Source of the DNA: a virus
Length of the DNA: 64,000 nucleotides
Virus record (IMG/VR): IMGVR_UViG_3300035689_000007
Coordinates: 1-64,000 of that record
Strand: one strand, 5' to 3'
Position numbers and translations under genes: made by a program
Part shown: in pieces, positions 1 to 9,436 of the stretch
Layout of the letters: every line of letters begins with the position of its first letter
Numbering within the stretch: position 1 is the first letter of the stretch
The notes under the pieces: generated by a model
Seen by the model: only the letters and a program-made list of their open reading frames with translations
The model's database searches: none
What the model was told of the DNA's origin: nothing

Positions 1-2
1 TT

Positions 3-338
3 TATCCAATTAGCCAAGACAATGGTCAAAAATGTGTTATTGTTAGAAATCCAATTGAAAGATTTCGATCTATGGTGGCTCATAGAAATAGAACAGTTGA
101 AGAACAATTAGAAAATCCAATATACGGTTGTGAGTTCTGCCATATTACAAATTATGACAGAGCATTTTTATTTGAAACGCAACTACAAGACTGTGCAGAT
201 TGGCTTGGGATTACCGTGCCATTACCACATTTGGATGCTAGTGAAAATAAGCCCGTTTTAACAACAGAACAAGAAAATAGAGTTCGTGAAATATATGCAA
301 TAGATATTGAATTATGGGAGTCATTACAGAACGAATAA
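3..338 (+). CDS. Sulfotransferase family 2-like protein, 5'-truncated at the window edge
   Basis: The frame of ORF 72..338 stays open to position 3 (YPISQDNGQKCVIVRNPIERFRSM...). It has VRNPxERxxS, the PAPS 3'-phosphate-binding motif, and a typical C-terminal helix (LTTEQENRVREIYAIDIELW). Confidence 0.6.
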   Translation, partial: YPISQDNGQKCVIVRNPIERFRSMVAHRNRTVEEQLENPIYGCEFCHITNYDRAFLFETQLQDCADWLGITVPLPHLDASENKPVLTTEQENRVREIYAIDIELWESLQNE

Positions 339-376
339 TTAAATTAACTAAAAGGTTAAACAAACCTGTTTAAAAA

Positions 377-406
377 TTGTTAAACTTTTAACATGTAAGC
401 TACTAT
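377..406 (+). promoter_or_regulatory. Candidate sigma70-type promoter overlapped by an inverted repeat
   Basis: TTGTTA(377-382)-18 nt-TACTAT(401-406) in an AT-rich intergenic gap. The inverted repeat TGTTAAA-CT-TTTAACA (378-393) overlaps the -35 element. Confidence 0.35.
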
Positions 407-452
407 AGATAGTAAATAAATATTTATAAACCCAACCTAAAAGGAAATAATC

Positions 453-689
453 ATGCCAGTATCTACAACAGATGTTGTTCAAAATGTAACAAGTTCAGAA
501 ACCATAAGAAACGGTGTTTTTGTAACGTCGTGTTTCGCAACAGGTGAATATCACACAATTAGCACAAGCACAGATAGTAATTTTGTTAATTTTGATGTAA
601 GTTTAACCTATGACCAATTAGAAGATAAGTATACATCTAGATTTGATAAAATATCATATTACAATGCCGTTGATGGGGGTTCTCCATGA
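453..689 (+). CDS. Hypothetical protein
   Basis: AAGGA RBS upstream; stop overlaps the next start (ATGA). Confidence 0.7.
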   Translation: MPVSTTDVVQNVTSSETIRNGVFVTSCFATGEYHTISTSTDSNFVNFDVSLTYDQLEDKYTSRFDKISYYNAVDGGSP

Positions 690-979
690 GATATAGTTTT
701 TATTGTGCATTATGCTTTTTAATAACTGGTTGTTCTACTCAATATTCTTGTGATATTGATGTTGCGTTTAGCAATGTTACACCAATGGTAGAAGAAGCAA
801 ATGCGGCATTTGATAAGGCTGAAAAGGAATTGTTAAATATAAAACCAGATGATATTGTTAGGCCAGATCCAGATATTAGTAAATGCCCATGCAAAGGAAG
901 TGGTGTAATTACACATGGCGATGGACATCAAACACAATGCCCGTATCACTCAAAAACGATGAATATTTTAAAGAGGTAA
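686..979 (+). CDS. Putative lipoprotein with C-terminal Cys/His metal-binding motif
   Basis: Signal peptide with lipobox (FLITG|C); C-terminal CPCKG...HGDGH...CPYH. Confidence 0.6.
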   Translation: MRYSFYCALCFLITGCSTQYSCDIDVAFSNVTPMVEEANAAFDKAEKELLNIKPDDIVRPDPDISKCPCKGSGVITHGDGHQTQCPYHSKTMNILKR

Positions 980-982
980 CAA

Positions 983-1255
983 ATGGAACTAGATTTTTAC
1001 ACAAGGATAGGATTACTACTAGCAGGGCTGCTACTTCTTTTATTTGTAAATGTTGATATAACATATGTTTTATCAAGATTACTATTTCGTAAAACAGTCT
1101 CAGAAAACACAACTAATGAAAAAGAATTTTTAAACATGGTTAATTTATGGTATAAGCTTAAAGAAGCTTGTGAAAAACATGGATTTATAGACGCAAGTAA
1201 TAAATTAGACGAAGTGTTTCCACTATTAAATGATAGGTCGCCTAATGATGAATAA
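983..1255 (+). CDS. Hypothetical membrane protein
   Basis: GAGG RBS; N-terminal hydrophobic helix IGLLLAGLLLLLFV. Confidence 0.7.
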   Translation: MELDFYTRIGLLLAGLLLLLFVNVDITYVLSRLLFRKTVSENTTNEKEFLNMVNLWYKLKEACEKHGFIDASNKLDEVFPLLNDRSPNDE

Positions 1256-1703
1256 AAAATTTGCTAACATTATAGCGGTATTAGCTATTATAATTGCTAT
1301 ATTTCCTGCTATTAAATTACCTATACTTCCTTTACCAACTCCACAACCTTCTATCAATCTTGATGTTAATAAGCCAGATCAAGATATACTAAATAAAGTC
1401 AATGCGATTAACTTAATTGTTACCAACAGAGAAGATAGAATTAAATTAGCCGTATTTAACTATTGTTTTAGTAAAAGGCTAAAGGGTTATAACACAGACA
1501 CACAAAAGCTAAATGACATTTACGTTAAAGCAGCCGCATATTATTTTGGTGAAACGATGAAAGATAAATACAATAATCTGGATGTAGAATTAACTAAAAT
1601 GTTTGTAGATATTTTGGGAGACAAAAATCATATTCTAAGCGAAGATGAAAAAGTACAATTACATAATACTTTTGGAGGTCTTGCTTGGAGTCTAATTCAA
1701 TGA
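1248..1703 (+). CDS. Hypothetical membrane-anchored protein
   Basis: Basic N-terminus, TM helix IIAVLAIIIAIF, Pro-rich linker. Start ATG at 1245 or 1248 overlaps the upstream gene. Confidence 0.7.
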   Translation: MNKKFANIIAVLAIIIAIFPAIKLPILPLPTPQPSINLDVNKPDQDILNKVNAINLIVTNREDRIKLAVFNYCFSKRLKGYNTDTQKLNDIYVKAAAYYFGETMKDKYNNLDVELTKMFVDILGDKNHILSEDEKVQLHNTFGGLAWSLIQ

Positions 1704-2332
1704 TAACATTACCTATTAGAGATATAAAAAAAACGCTAGATGAAATATTTTCTAATTCTGGATATTCATTTAAAGACTTCTCTATAAAACTACCACAGCC
1801 ATTGAACATGACTTTTGGTACTGTTGATGGTGACAAAATATCTCTCAAATTTGTTAATAAACTACCAATTATTAGTTGGAAAAAACTTATCACTATATCC
1901 GCATCTATCCAAGAAATAATCCTTGGTAATGATGGCGGAATTATAAGAATTAAGTACTTTCCAGATTTGAAATTTAAGTATACGGAAGATGTTGATGGTG
2001 TTACTTTCTTTAATTATGGCATAAATTTTAATGACATCAAGTCAGAAATCAACGAAGTTTATGACGATGAGGAGCGTAGAAAAATTGCAAATCAGTGCTT
2101 GCGTTATGCCGATGAATGGGTTACAATGTGCTGTGCGTCTGGAGTGCAGCGTTCAGAATTTTCCAATAAGCGTTTAAAAAATGACTGCTATCGTTTCGTA
2201 AAAGATAATGTTATTACAGAATACAAACAAAATCATGGATCAGTTGTAATCAGCTTTATAGTAATATATGTGATATTACCAATAATATTGAAATGGATTA
2301 TTGAGAAGATATTTAAAAAGTTAACTAGCTGA
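1700..2332 (+). CDS. Hypothetical protein with C-terminal TM helix
   Basis: ATGA overlap at 1700 with GGAG upstream; C-terminal VVISFIVIYVILPIILKW. Confidence 0.7.
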   Translation: MITLPIRDIKKTLDEIFSNSGYSFKDFSIKLPQPLNMTFGTVDGDKISLKFVNKLPIISWKKLITISASIQEIILGNDGGIIRIKYFPDLKFKYTEDVDGVTFFNYGINFNDIKSEINEVYDDEERRKIANQCLRYADEWVTMCCASGVQRSEFSNKRLKNDCYRFVKDNVITEYKQNHGSVVISFIVIYVILPIILKWIIEKIFKKLTS

Positions 2333-2370
2333 TTTCAGATATTTACTTACACATTATAGGAGCAATATAT

Positions 2371-4608
2371 ATGTTGGTCAAGAAACGCAGTGGCGAAGTT
2401 GAAGAATACAATGTGGAGAAAATACACAAAGTTTTAGAATGGGCCACTTATGATATAGCTAATGTTTCTTTTTCCGACATAGAGATGAACGCTCACCTAT
2501 CTTTACATGATGGTATAAGTACTAAAGAAATACATCAAATTTTAATTAAATCTGCCAATGATTTAACTTCTAAAACATGTCCTAATTATCAATATGTTGC
2601 CTCTCGTTTATTAAATATGTCTCTTCGTAAAGACCTGTGGGAAAGGCATGATTCTCCACCATCTTTGTATGATCATATATGTAAAAACGCCCAAGAAGAA
2701 GTGTATGATAAAAATCTTTTTACTAAGTGGACGAAGGATGATATAGAAGAAATAGAAAAACACCTAGACCATAATCGAGATTATTTATTTACATATGCCG
2801 GTTTGCAACAAATGATTGACAAATATCTTGTAAAAAATAGGAGTACAGGTAAAATTTATGAAACTCCACAATTTGCCTACATGTGTATAGCACTATCATT
2901 ATTTCACACAGTTTCAGAAGTATTAGAAGCGTATGAATACTTCTCTACACACAAAATAAATCTACCTACACCAATCATGGCCGGTGTAAGAACCAAAATA
3001 AAACAGTTTGCCAGTTGTGTTCTAGTCGATGTAGAGGACGATTTAAACTCTATTTTTGCTAGCGTACACGCTGTTGGTAAGTATACTGCAAGAAGGGCTG
3101 GCATCGGATTAAATATTGGAAGAATTAGACCTATCAATTCTAGTATACGTGGTGGCGAAGTAATACACACGGGCTTAATTCCTTATCTCAAAATATTTGA
3201 ATCCACAGTAAAAGCAACTAGTCAAAATGGTATTCGTGGTGGTTCTGCCACTGTGCATATCCCCTTCTGGCATTACGAGATAGAAGACGTTGTGTCTTTA
3301 AAGAATAATGCCGGAACTGACGATAATAGAGTTAGAAAGCTAGATTATTCTGTGCAATTTAATAAGCTATTCTACGAACGGCTAATTAATAATCAAGATA
3401 TAACTTTAATGAGTCCAGAAGAAACCGATGGACTTTATTCTGCAATGGGTGATGATTATGAAACATTTAAGAGATTATATGAGAAGTATGAAAATCACAG
3501 ATCGATAAAAATAAAAAAGAAAATCAATGCACGAAAACTAGCAGAAATATTTGCTAAAGAAAGACTCGAAACTGGTAGAATATATGTGATGAACATTGAT
3601 AATGCTAACGAACATGGTTCTTGGTCTGTACCAGTTTATATGAGTAATCTATGTCAAGAAATTATACATCCAACAAAGCCTATTCATGATATAGCAGATA
3701 AGGATGGAGAAATTGGAATCTGCATATTATCAGCCTTAAATCTACTAGAACTACACTCCGATCAAGATATTGAAAAGGCTTGTTCTATAACTGTTAAGAC
3801 TTTAGAATCCATTATTGATTATCAAGATTATCCAGTATTAGCTGGGGAAAACTTTACTAAGAATAGGAGATCTCTAGGTATAGGAATTACAAATTTTGCT
3901 GGATATCTAGCTAAAAATAAACTAAAGTATGATGATCCTGCAACTTTAAAGTTTGTACATACAGCTATGGAAAAAATACAATGGTATTTACTTAATGAGT
4001 CGTGCAAACTGGCAGAACAACTAGGACCGTGTAATAAGTTTAACGAAACAAAATATTCTCATAAACTTTTACCTATTGATTGGTACAAAAAAACAGTTGA
4101 CGAGCTAGTCAGTCCAGAGTATACTATGGATTGGGAGGGTTTGCGAAACAGAATAGCACAACACGGTCTGAGACACTCCACTCTTACTGCTATTATGCCA
4201 TGCGAGTCATCTAGTGTGATTCAAAATAGTACAAATGGAATTGAACCTGTGCGTAACTTAATTTCATATAAGAAAGCTAAGAACGGTGTACTTAAACAGT
4301 TAGTTCCAAATTATAGTTCCAGAAAGAATTTTTACACTTTAGCGTGGGAAATGCAAGACAACAAAGCTATATTAAACATTTGTGCTGTATTGCAAAAGTT
4401 TGTTGACATGAGCATTAGCGTAAATCTGTACTATAATTATTCACATTATCAAGATGGAAATATTCCACTAAGTACGTTGATTAAAGATCAAATATACGGT
4501 TATAAATACGGTATCAAAAATTTCTATTACTGTAACACTCCAGATTCTGATGGAGATACAGAAAAAGAATTATCTAACAACTGTGAAAGTGGAGCGTGTG
4601 CAATATGA
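2371..4608 (+). CDS. nrdA: Ribonucleoside-diphosphate reductase class Ia, alpha subunit
   Basis: N-terminal ATP cone (VKKRSG...EKI), PTPIMAG, FASCVL, catalytic SNLCQEI, KNFYY, C-terminal CESGAC. Confidence 0.97.
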   Translation: MLVKKRSGEVEEYNVEKIHKVLEWATYDIANVSFSDIEMNAHLSLHDGISTKEIHQILIKSANDLTSKTCPNYQYVASRLLNMSLRKDLWERHDSPPSLYDHICKNAQEEVYDKNLFTKWTKDDIEEIEKHLDHNRDYLFTYAGLQQMIDKYLVKNRSTGKIYETPQFAYMCIALSLFHTVSEVLEAYEYFSTHKINLPTPIMAGVRTKIKQFASCVLVDVEDDLNSIFASVHAVGKYTARRAGIGLNIGRIRPINSSIRGGEVIHTGLIPYLKIFESTVKATSQNGIRGGSATVHIPFWHYEIEDVVSLKNNAGTDDNRVRKLDYSVQFNKLFYERLINNQDITLMSPEETDGLYSAMGDDYETFKRLYEKYENHRSIKIKKKINARKLAEIFAKERLETGRIYVMNIDNANEHGSWSVPVYMSNLCQEIIHPTKPIHDIADKDGEIGICILSALNLLELHSDQDIEKACSITVKTLESIIDYQDYPVLAGENFTKNRRSLGIGITNFAGYLAKNKLKYDDPATLKFVHTAMEKIQWYLLNESCKLAEQLGPCNKFNETKYSHKLLPIDWYKKTVDELVSPEYTMDWEGLRNRIAQHGLRHSTLTAIMPCESSSVIQNSTNGIEPVRNLISYKKAKNGVLKQLVPNYSSRKNFYTLAWEMQDNKAILNICAVLQKFVDMSISVNLYYNYSHYQDGNIPLSTLIKDQIYGYKYGIKNFYYCNTPDSDGDTEKELSNNCESGACAI

Positions 4609-5849
4609 AACGTAGAAACTTCTTACTATCGACGGGTGTTGCTGGTATAACAGCAACTATGAATAATATCAGTTTTTCTATCAACTATAACAATGATCCA
4701 AAATTTACCTCAAATGATAATAGCGTTATATATCTATATCTTAGCGGTGGACCAACACACATTGAAACATTCAATCCGCTGCCATTAGCTCCATCTGATA
4801 GAAAATCTATTACTGGTAATATACATACCAAAATACCCGGATTTGCAATTGGTGGTATGTGGGATAAAATAGCAAATCAAACAAACAAAATTACGGTAGT
4901 AAATAGTTTCCACCACTCTGATCCAAACCATGAAAGTGCAACACACTGGATGTTAACGGGAGAAAGAACAACTCCAAATAGTCCACCTAAATGGCCTAGT
5001 TTTGGTAGCGTTATTTCTGGACAATATGGAACGAATATAAAAAATGGTCTACCTTCCTATATCAAGTTAAATACAATTCAATACGATGGTGCCGCATGGA
5101 TGGGTACTAAATACATGGGCTATACTGCTAGTAGAGAAGGTGTAGATGATCTGTTTATGAAAAATGAGAAGAAGTTCAAAGATAGAATGAAGATGTTAGA
5201 GGTACTTGAAAAGCATAGCCCAATACCGGATGATCGTAATGCTAACGCTTGGCTTGAATTAAGAAGTCAGGCTGTAGACGTATTAGTAGGAAAAGCTAGT
5301 GAAGCTTTCCTAATAGAAAAAGATAAAGACTTTGCTAACTACAAAGATAGCCAACTTGGCAAAGATATGCTTACTGCTATTAGACTTATAGAGGCCGGTG
5401 TAAAATTTGTTACAATTAATTACGGCGGATGGGATATGCATGATAACATACTAAACGGTCTAAAAAGTAAAGTACCGGCATTAGATCATGTATTGTCCAT
5501 GTACTTTAATTCAGCGGAGCAAAGAAATATCAACTATAAAAATCTATTAGTAATGAGTGGTGACTTTGGAAGAACTCCAAAAATCAATAAAGATGCTGGT
5601 AGAGATCATTGGCCGCATCTAGTTCCACTATTACTAGCTTGTGATACATATGAAATGAATAGAGTAATTGGTGCCTCTGATAGTAATGGAGAAAGGCCAG
5701 TAGACCATCCATTTGAACCAGAAGATTTAAAATGGACTATTTTAGAGCATATGGGTGTAAATAAAGATGCAGATTGGTATAGCATAGAAAATAGGCCAAT
5801 GATGTTCGTACAAGAAAACGCAAAAAATATTCTGAGGTATTCAATATAA
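4605..5849 (+). CDS. DUF1501-family protein with twin-arginine (Tat) signal
   Basis: MKRRNFLL Tat motif; LSGGPTHIETFNP, GWDMH and GDFGRTPKIN...GRDHWP match DUF1501 proteins. GGAG RBS and ATGA overlap with nrdA. Confidence 0.85.
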   Translation: MKRRNFLLSTGVAGITATMNNISFSINYNNDPKFTSNDNSVIYLYLSGGPTHIETFNPLPLAPSDRKSITGNIHTKIPGFAIGGMWDKIANQTNKITVVNSFHHSDPNHESATHWMLTGERTTPNSPPKWPSFGSVISGQYGTNIKNGLPSYIKLNTIQYDGAAWMGTKYMGYTASREGVDDLFMKNEKKFKDRMKMLEVLEKHSPIPDDRNANAWLELRSQAVDVLVGKASEAFLIEKDKDFANYKDSQLGKDMLTAIRLIEAGVKFVTINYGGWDMHDNILNGLKSKVPALDHVLSMYFNSAEQRNINYKNLLVMSGDFGRTPKINKDAGRDHWPHLVPLLLACDTYEMNRVIGASDSNGERPVDHPFEPEDLKWTILEHMGVNKDADWYSIENRPMMFVQENAKNILRYSI

Positions 5850-5850
5850 T

Positions 5851-6930
5851 ATGCAAACAATACTAAATAAAAAGAACGTCAATTATCTAAATCAACCTAT
5901 ATTTTTAGGTGAAGATCTATCATTACAGCGATATGATAAGTTTAAATATCCTGTCTTTTTTGATCTATATAAGAAACAGCTAGAATTTTTCTGGAGGCCA
6001 GAAGAAATAGAATTAAAAAAGGATCGAAACGATTTTAAGAATGACAGTATTATGAGTCCAAACGAAAGATTCATTTTTACGTCGAATCTAAAATATCAAA
6101 CAATGATGGATTCTGTGATATGTCGTGGAGTTCCAACTTTAGTAAATTATGTTTCTAATCCAGAATTAGAAGCATGTATGAACGTGTGGCAATTTTTTGA
6201 GCAAATCCATAGTTATAGTTATACGTATATCATCAAAAATGTGTATAGCGATCCTAGCGAGATTCTAGATAGTTGTCTTACCGATAAAGAGATCTTAAAA
6301 AGGGCAGATGTAGCAATTAAGGAGTATAATGCTCTTAGGGAGCTTGGTAATTCCACAAAGAAAAAAGATCTTAAAAAACAGATATACTTAACCTTAATTA
6401 GTGTAAATATATTAGAAGCAATTCGTTTTTATGTCTCATTTATTTGTGCGTTTGCCTTTGCGGAAAATAAAAAGATGATAGGCAATGCAGATATCATCAA
6501 ACTTATTAAGAGAGATGAGGCTTTGCATCTATATAATACCCAAGAAATAATTAAGATTTTGAGGACTGTTCCAGAAGAAGGTTTTGTCGAAATAGCTTCC
6601 GAGTGCGAAGAGGAGGCTTGTAAAATGTTTGATTCTGCTGCTGCGGAAGAAAAAGCTTGGTCACAGTACCTGTTTAAAGATGGCTCAATTATAGGATTAA
6701 ATGACAGGGTAATGTGTGAATATATAGATTGGTTGTGCATGACTAGGCGTAAGAATATAGGATTGCCATACGAAAAAGGATATAAAAATCCAATAGCTGG
6801 ATGGACTGATCCTTGGATGAATAGTGAATCTGTACAAGTTGCACCACAAGAACATGAAATTACTTCATATAAAATTGGTGCTAGTAAGAACGATTTAGAA
6901 GAAGTTGACTTAGGAGGTTTTAGTCTATGA
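5851..6930 (+). CDS. nrdB: Ribonucleoside-diphosphate reductase class Ia, beta subunit
   Basis: FFWRPEE, EQIHSYSY, EAIRFYVSF, RDEALH di-iron ligands, VAPQE...SY. Confidence 0.97.
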   Translation: MQTILNKKNVNYLNQPIFLGEDLSLQRYDKFKYPVFFDLYKKQLEFFWRPEEIELKKDRNDFKNDSIMSPNERFIFTSNLKYQTMMDSVICRGVPTLVNYVSNPELEACMNVWQFFEQIHSYSYTYIIKNVYSDPSEILDSCLTDKEILKRADVAIKEYNALRELGNSTKKKDLKKQIYLTLISVNILEAIRFYVSFICAFAFAENKKMIGNADIIKLIKRDEALHLYNTQEIIKILRTVPEEGFVEIASECEEEACKMFDSAAAEEKAWSQYLFKDGSIIGLNDRVMCEYIDWLCMTRRKNIGLPYEKGYKNPIAGWTDPWMNSESVQVAPQEHEITSYKIGASKNDLEEVDLGGFSL

Positions 6931-7370
6931 GTTGTACAAAGTTTATGGATTATATACAGGTATCATTACTAAATAGTAATGCTAAAATACCCACAAAAGC
7001 TCATAATGATGATGCTGGATTTGATTTATATTCTAGTGTTGATATAAACATAGCACCTAAATCAAGAGCTACAATCAATACATCAATAGCAATAGCGATG
7101 CCAAGCAATTTTGCCGGTTTAATTTGGCCTAGATCTGGCCTATCTGTTAAACATGGTATAGATGTTTTGGCTGGAGTGGTAGATAGTGGTTATAGGGGAG
7201 AAATACTAGTATGTCTATACAATACTTCAGATGATATCGTAGAGATTCATACTGGGGATAGAATCGCTCAGATTATATTCCAAGAGGTTCCTCGCGTATC
7301 ATTATCAGTCAATGCAACGTTAGGTTCCTCGCAACGAGGGAGTAATGGCTTTGGAAGCACAGGCACATAA
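6927..7370 (+). CDS. dut: Trimeric dUTPase
   Basis: AGFDL, PRSGLS, GVVDSGYRGE, GDRIAQ, RGSNGFGSTG. Confidence 0.97.
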   Translation: MSCTKFMDYIQVSLLNSNAKIPTKAHNDDAGFDLYSSVDINIAPKSRATINTSIAIAMPSNFAGLIWPRSGLSVKHGIDVLAGVVDSGYRGEILVCLYNTSDDIVEIHTGDRIAQIIFQEVPRVSLSVNATLGSSQRGSNGFGSTGT

Positions 7371-8037
7371 TAACAACCGAAAAGATAAAAAAGCAAATAA
7401 GAAAAAAACCAGTTCCACAAATTCGCTAGAAGCTAAGACAGAAAATCAAAAAAATTATATACGCTCTATTATAGAAAACGATATTATTTTTTGTACTGGA
7501 CCGTCTGGCAGTGGTAAATCTTTTATTGCCGCTGGACTAGCTGCACAAAAATTACTAAAAGATGAAATAGATACTATTATTGTAACTAGACCTTTAGTAT
7601 GCACTGGAAGAGACATAGGCTCACTACCCGGAGAATTGAATGAAAAAATTAAACCATATCTACAGCCAATGGAAGAAAATTTAAGGTTTTTCCTTGGTAG
7701 AGATTTATTTGGTTTATATTTTAATCAACGTAGAATTAGATTTGAACCTCTGGAAACTATGCGTGGATCTACATTTCATAAATCTTATATGATTTTAGAT
7801 GAAGCTCAAAATTGCACTCTAGAACAAATTAAAATGTTCATAACTAGAATGGGACAGGATAGTAAAGTGCTTATAAATGGAGATAATAAACAAACCGATA
7901 TCTATACTAAATGTGGATTAGATTTTTGTATGGATAGGTTGTCTAGCGTTCAAGGTGTCGGAATCTGTCGATTGGAGTATCATGATATACAGAGGAACGG
8001 AATTTTAGGGGCTGTGCTTTACGCATTAGAAAAGTAA
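7345..8037 (+). CDS. phoH: PhoH-family ATPase
   Basis: GPSGSGKS, TRP, LPGELNEK..PY, MRGSTF, DEAQN, TRMG, GDNKQTD, DIQRNG. Confidence 0.95.
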   Translation: MALEAQAHNNNRKDKKANKKKTSSTNSLEAKTENQKNYIRSIIENDIIFCTGPSGSGKSFIAAGLAAQKLLKDEIDTIIVTRPLVCTGRDIGSLPGELNEKIKPYLQPMEENLRFFLGRDLFGLYFNQRRIRFEPLETMRGSTFHKSYMILDEAQNCTLEQIKMFITRMGQDSKVLINGDNKQTDIYTKCGLDFCMDRLSSVQGVGICRLEYHDIQRNGILGAVLYALEK

Positions 8038-8381
8038 TGCTATACGATTATCAATGTGCTAGTTGTCAATATTTTATGATCGATGTATATCAATCGATTC
8101 ACGATGCCCCATTAGATACATGTCCTAATTGTGATAGTAAATCTTTGGAAAGAATAATTAGCGGTGGACTTGGGGCATTTGTTAAAGATGTAAAAACTAT
8201 TGGTCAACTAGCGGACCATAATTGGAAAAAATTAGGATCATACGAAAAATCAGACAGGGTGCATCAAGACAAAAGGGTGATAGAAGAAAAACCCCAGTTT
8301 TATGGAAATGCTAGCAAGTCCCAAATAAGTAAAATGACAGAAGCACAAAAACAAAAATACATTATAACAGGTGAAACATGA
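8037..8381 (+). CDS. FmdB-like zinc-ribbon protein
   Basis: YDYQCASC...CPNC...LERIIS. Confidence 0.75.
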   Translation: MLYDYQCASCQYFMIDVYQSIHDAPLDTCPNCDSKSLERIISGGLGAFVKDVKTIGQLADHNWKKLGSYEKSDRVHQDKRVIEEKPQFYGNASKSQISKMTEAQKQKYIITGET

Positions 8382-8716
8382 AGTATGTTGAGAAGAATAC
8401 AGACCTATCTGAAATAGATACTAATATAACGGTTACCTTCTTTGACAAGAAGGGAAATATTACAGATGATAATAGAAATGCTTTTGGACAAATCATTACA
8501 AAGCAAAAGGCAGATGGTTCTAATCATAAACAGTATCAAATATCAACATATAATAATGTGTTATATGACCCAATGGGTGCAGACGGTCACAGAAAAAATA
8601 TCAATCTTGTACTCAAAACTGTGGACCAACAAACGTTTGATTATTATATCATGTACCTAAAAACAAAAAATTCATTATATATGACTAGAGCGCAAAGGAG
8701 TTTTATCAATGGCTAA
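8378..8716 (+). CDS. Hypothetical protein
   Basis: Coupled ORF in the operon (AGGTG RBS, ATGA overlap). Confidence 0.75.
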   Translation: MKYVEKNTDLSEIDTNITVTFFDKKGNITDDNRNAFGQIITKQKADGSNHKQYQISTYNNVLYDPMGADGHRKNINLVLKTVDQQTFDYYIMYLKTKNSLYMTRAQRSFING

Positions 8717-9005
8717 AAAAGGACCGATTGGGAAAGTAGAAGCATTTTATATAGACAACAATTACAAGAACATGACTGTTGCAGAAATCGCTACAGATCT
8801 AGATAGAACAATAACATCTATAGAAAGCTACATTAAAAAGAATCATGTCAGACAAAAGCCAACAATTACTGTCGGTGATCAATTTGCTAGAACTAATGGT
8901 GTTACGATCATGACAGAAAATGCGTCAAGTATGTCTGATGAAAAAAGAAGAAATAATAAAACTATTAACAAGCCTAAAACATCTTGTATAACTAAAATAA
9001 AATGA
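8709..9005 (+). CDS. Small basic protein, possible helix-turn-helix
   Basis: AAGGAG RBS; MTVAEIATDLDRTITSIESYI resembles an HTH. Confidence 0.6.
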   Translation: MAKKGPIGKVEAFYIDNNYKNMTVAEIATDLDRTITSIESYIKKNHVRQKPTITVGDQFARTNGVTIMTENASSMSDEKRRNNKTINKPKTSCITKIK

Positions 9006-9436
9006 GCTATATATTTGGCAAAGAACAATTCCTACAAAGGTATAAACAGCTTTCTAGCCAAGACAGAAGAAATATATGGATCATTGTTCATACATCAGAT
9101 GAATCTGATATTTATTTAGAAGACTATAGTGATTGGCTAACGATTGGGAATTATTGTAACGCTAACAAGTTAACTATTAGTAAAATTTCTCTACAGTATA
9201 AAAGTCATGTTGTAGATTTTGATACTACTAATGCCGATGGTGTTTATTTATCTAAAACGGCAAAAGGTACACTTGGTGGTGAAACAAAACAATGCTATAG
9301 CATTGGTGTGTTAAGGGAAAATAAAATATATCGCACACTATATGCTATACCAGAATTGATAGAAGATCTAAAATTAGAAGACGAAGTTGAAAACTGTTTG
9401 AAAGAGGCTTTAGTTGTATATGACAAAGAAAGATAA
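9002..9436 (+). CDS. Hypothetical protein
   Basis: ATGA-coupled ORF. Confidence 0.7.
   Translation: MSYIFGKEQFLQRYKQLSSQDRRNIWIIVHTSDESDIYLEDYSDWLTIGNYCNANKLTISKISLQYKSHVVDFDTTNADGVYLSKTAKGTLGGETKQCYSIGVLRENKIYRTLYAIPELIEDLKLEDEVENCLKEALVVYDKER

Noticed and set aside
4605-5849. Homing endonuclease or intron ORF between nrdA and nrdB
   Set aside because: That location often holds one, but this protein has Tat and DUF1501 motifs and no HNH, GIY-YIG or LAGLIDADG signature.
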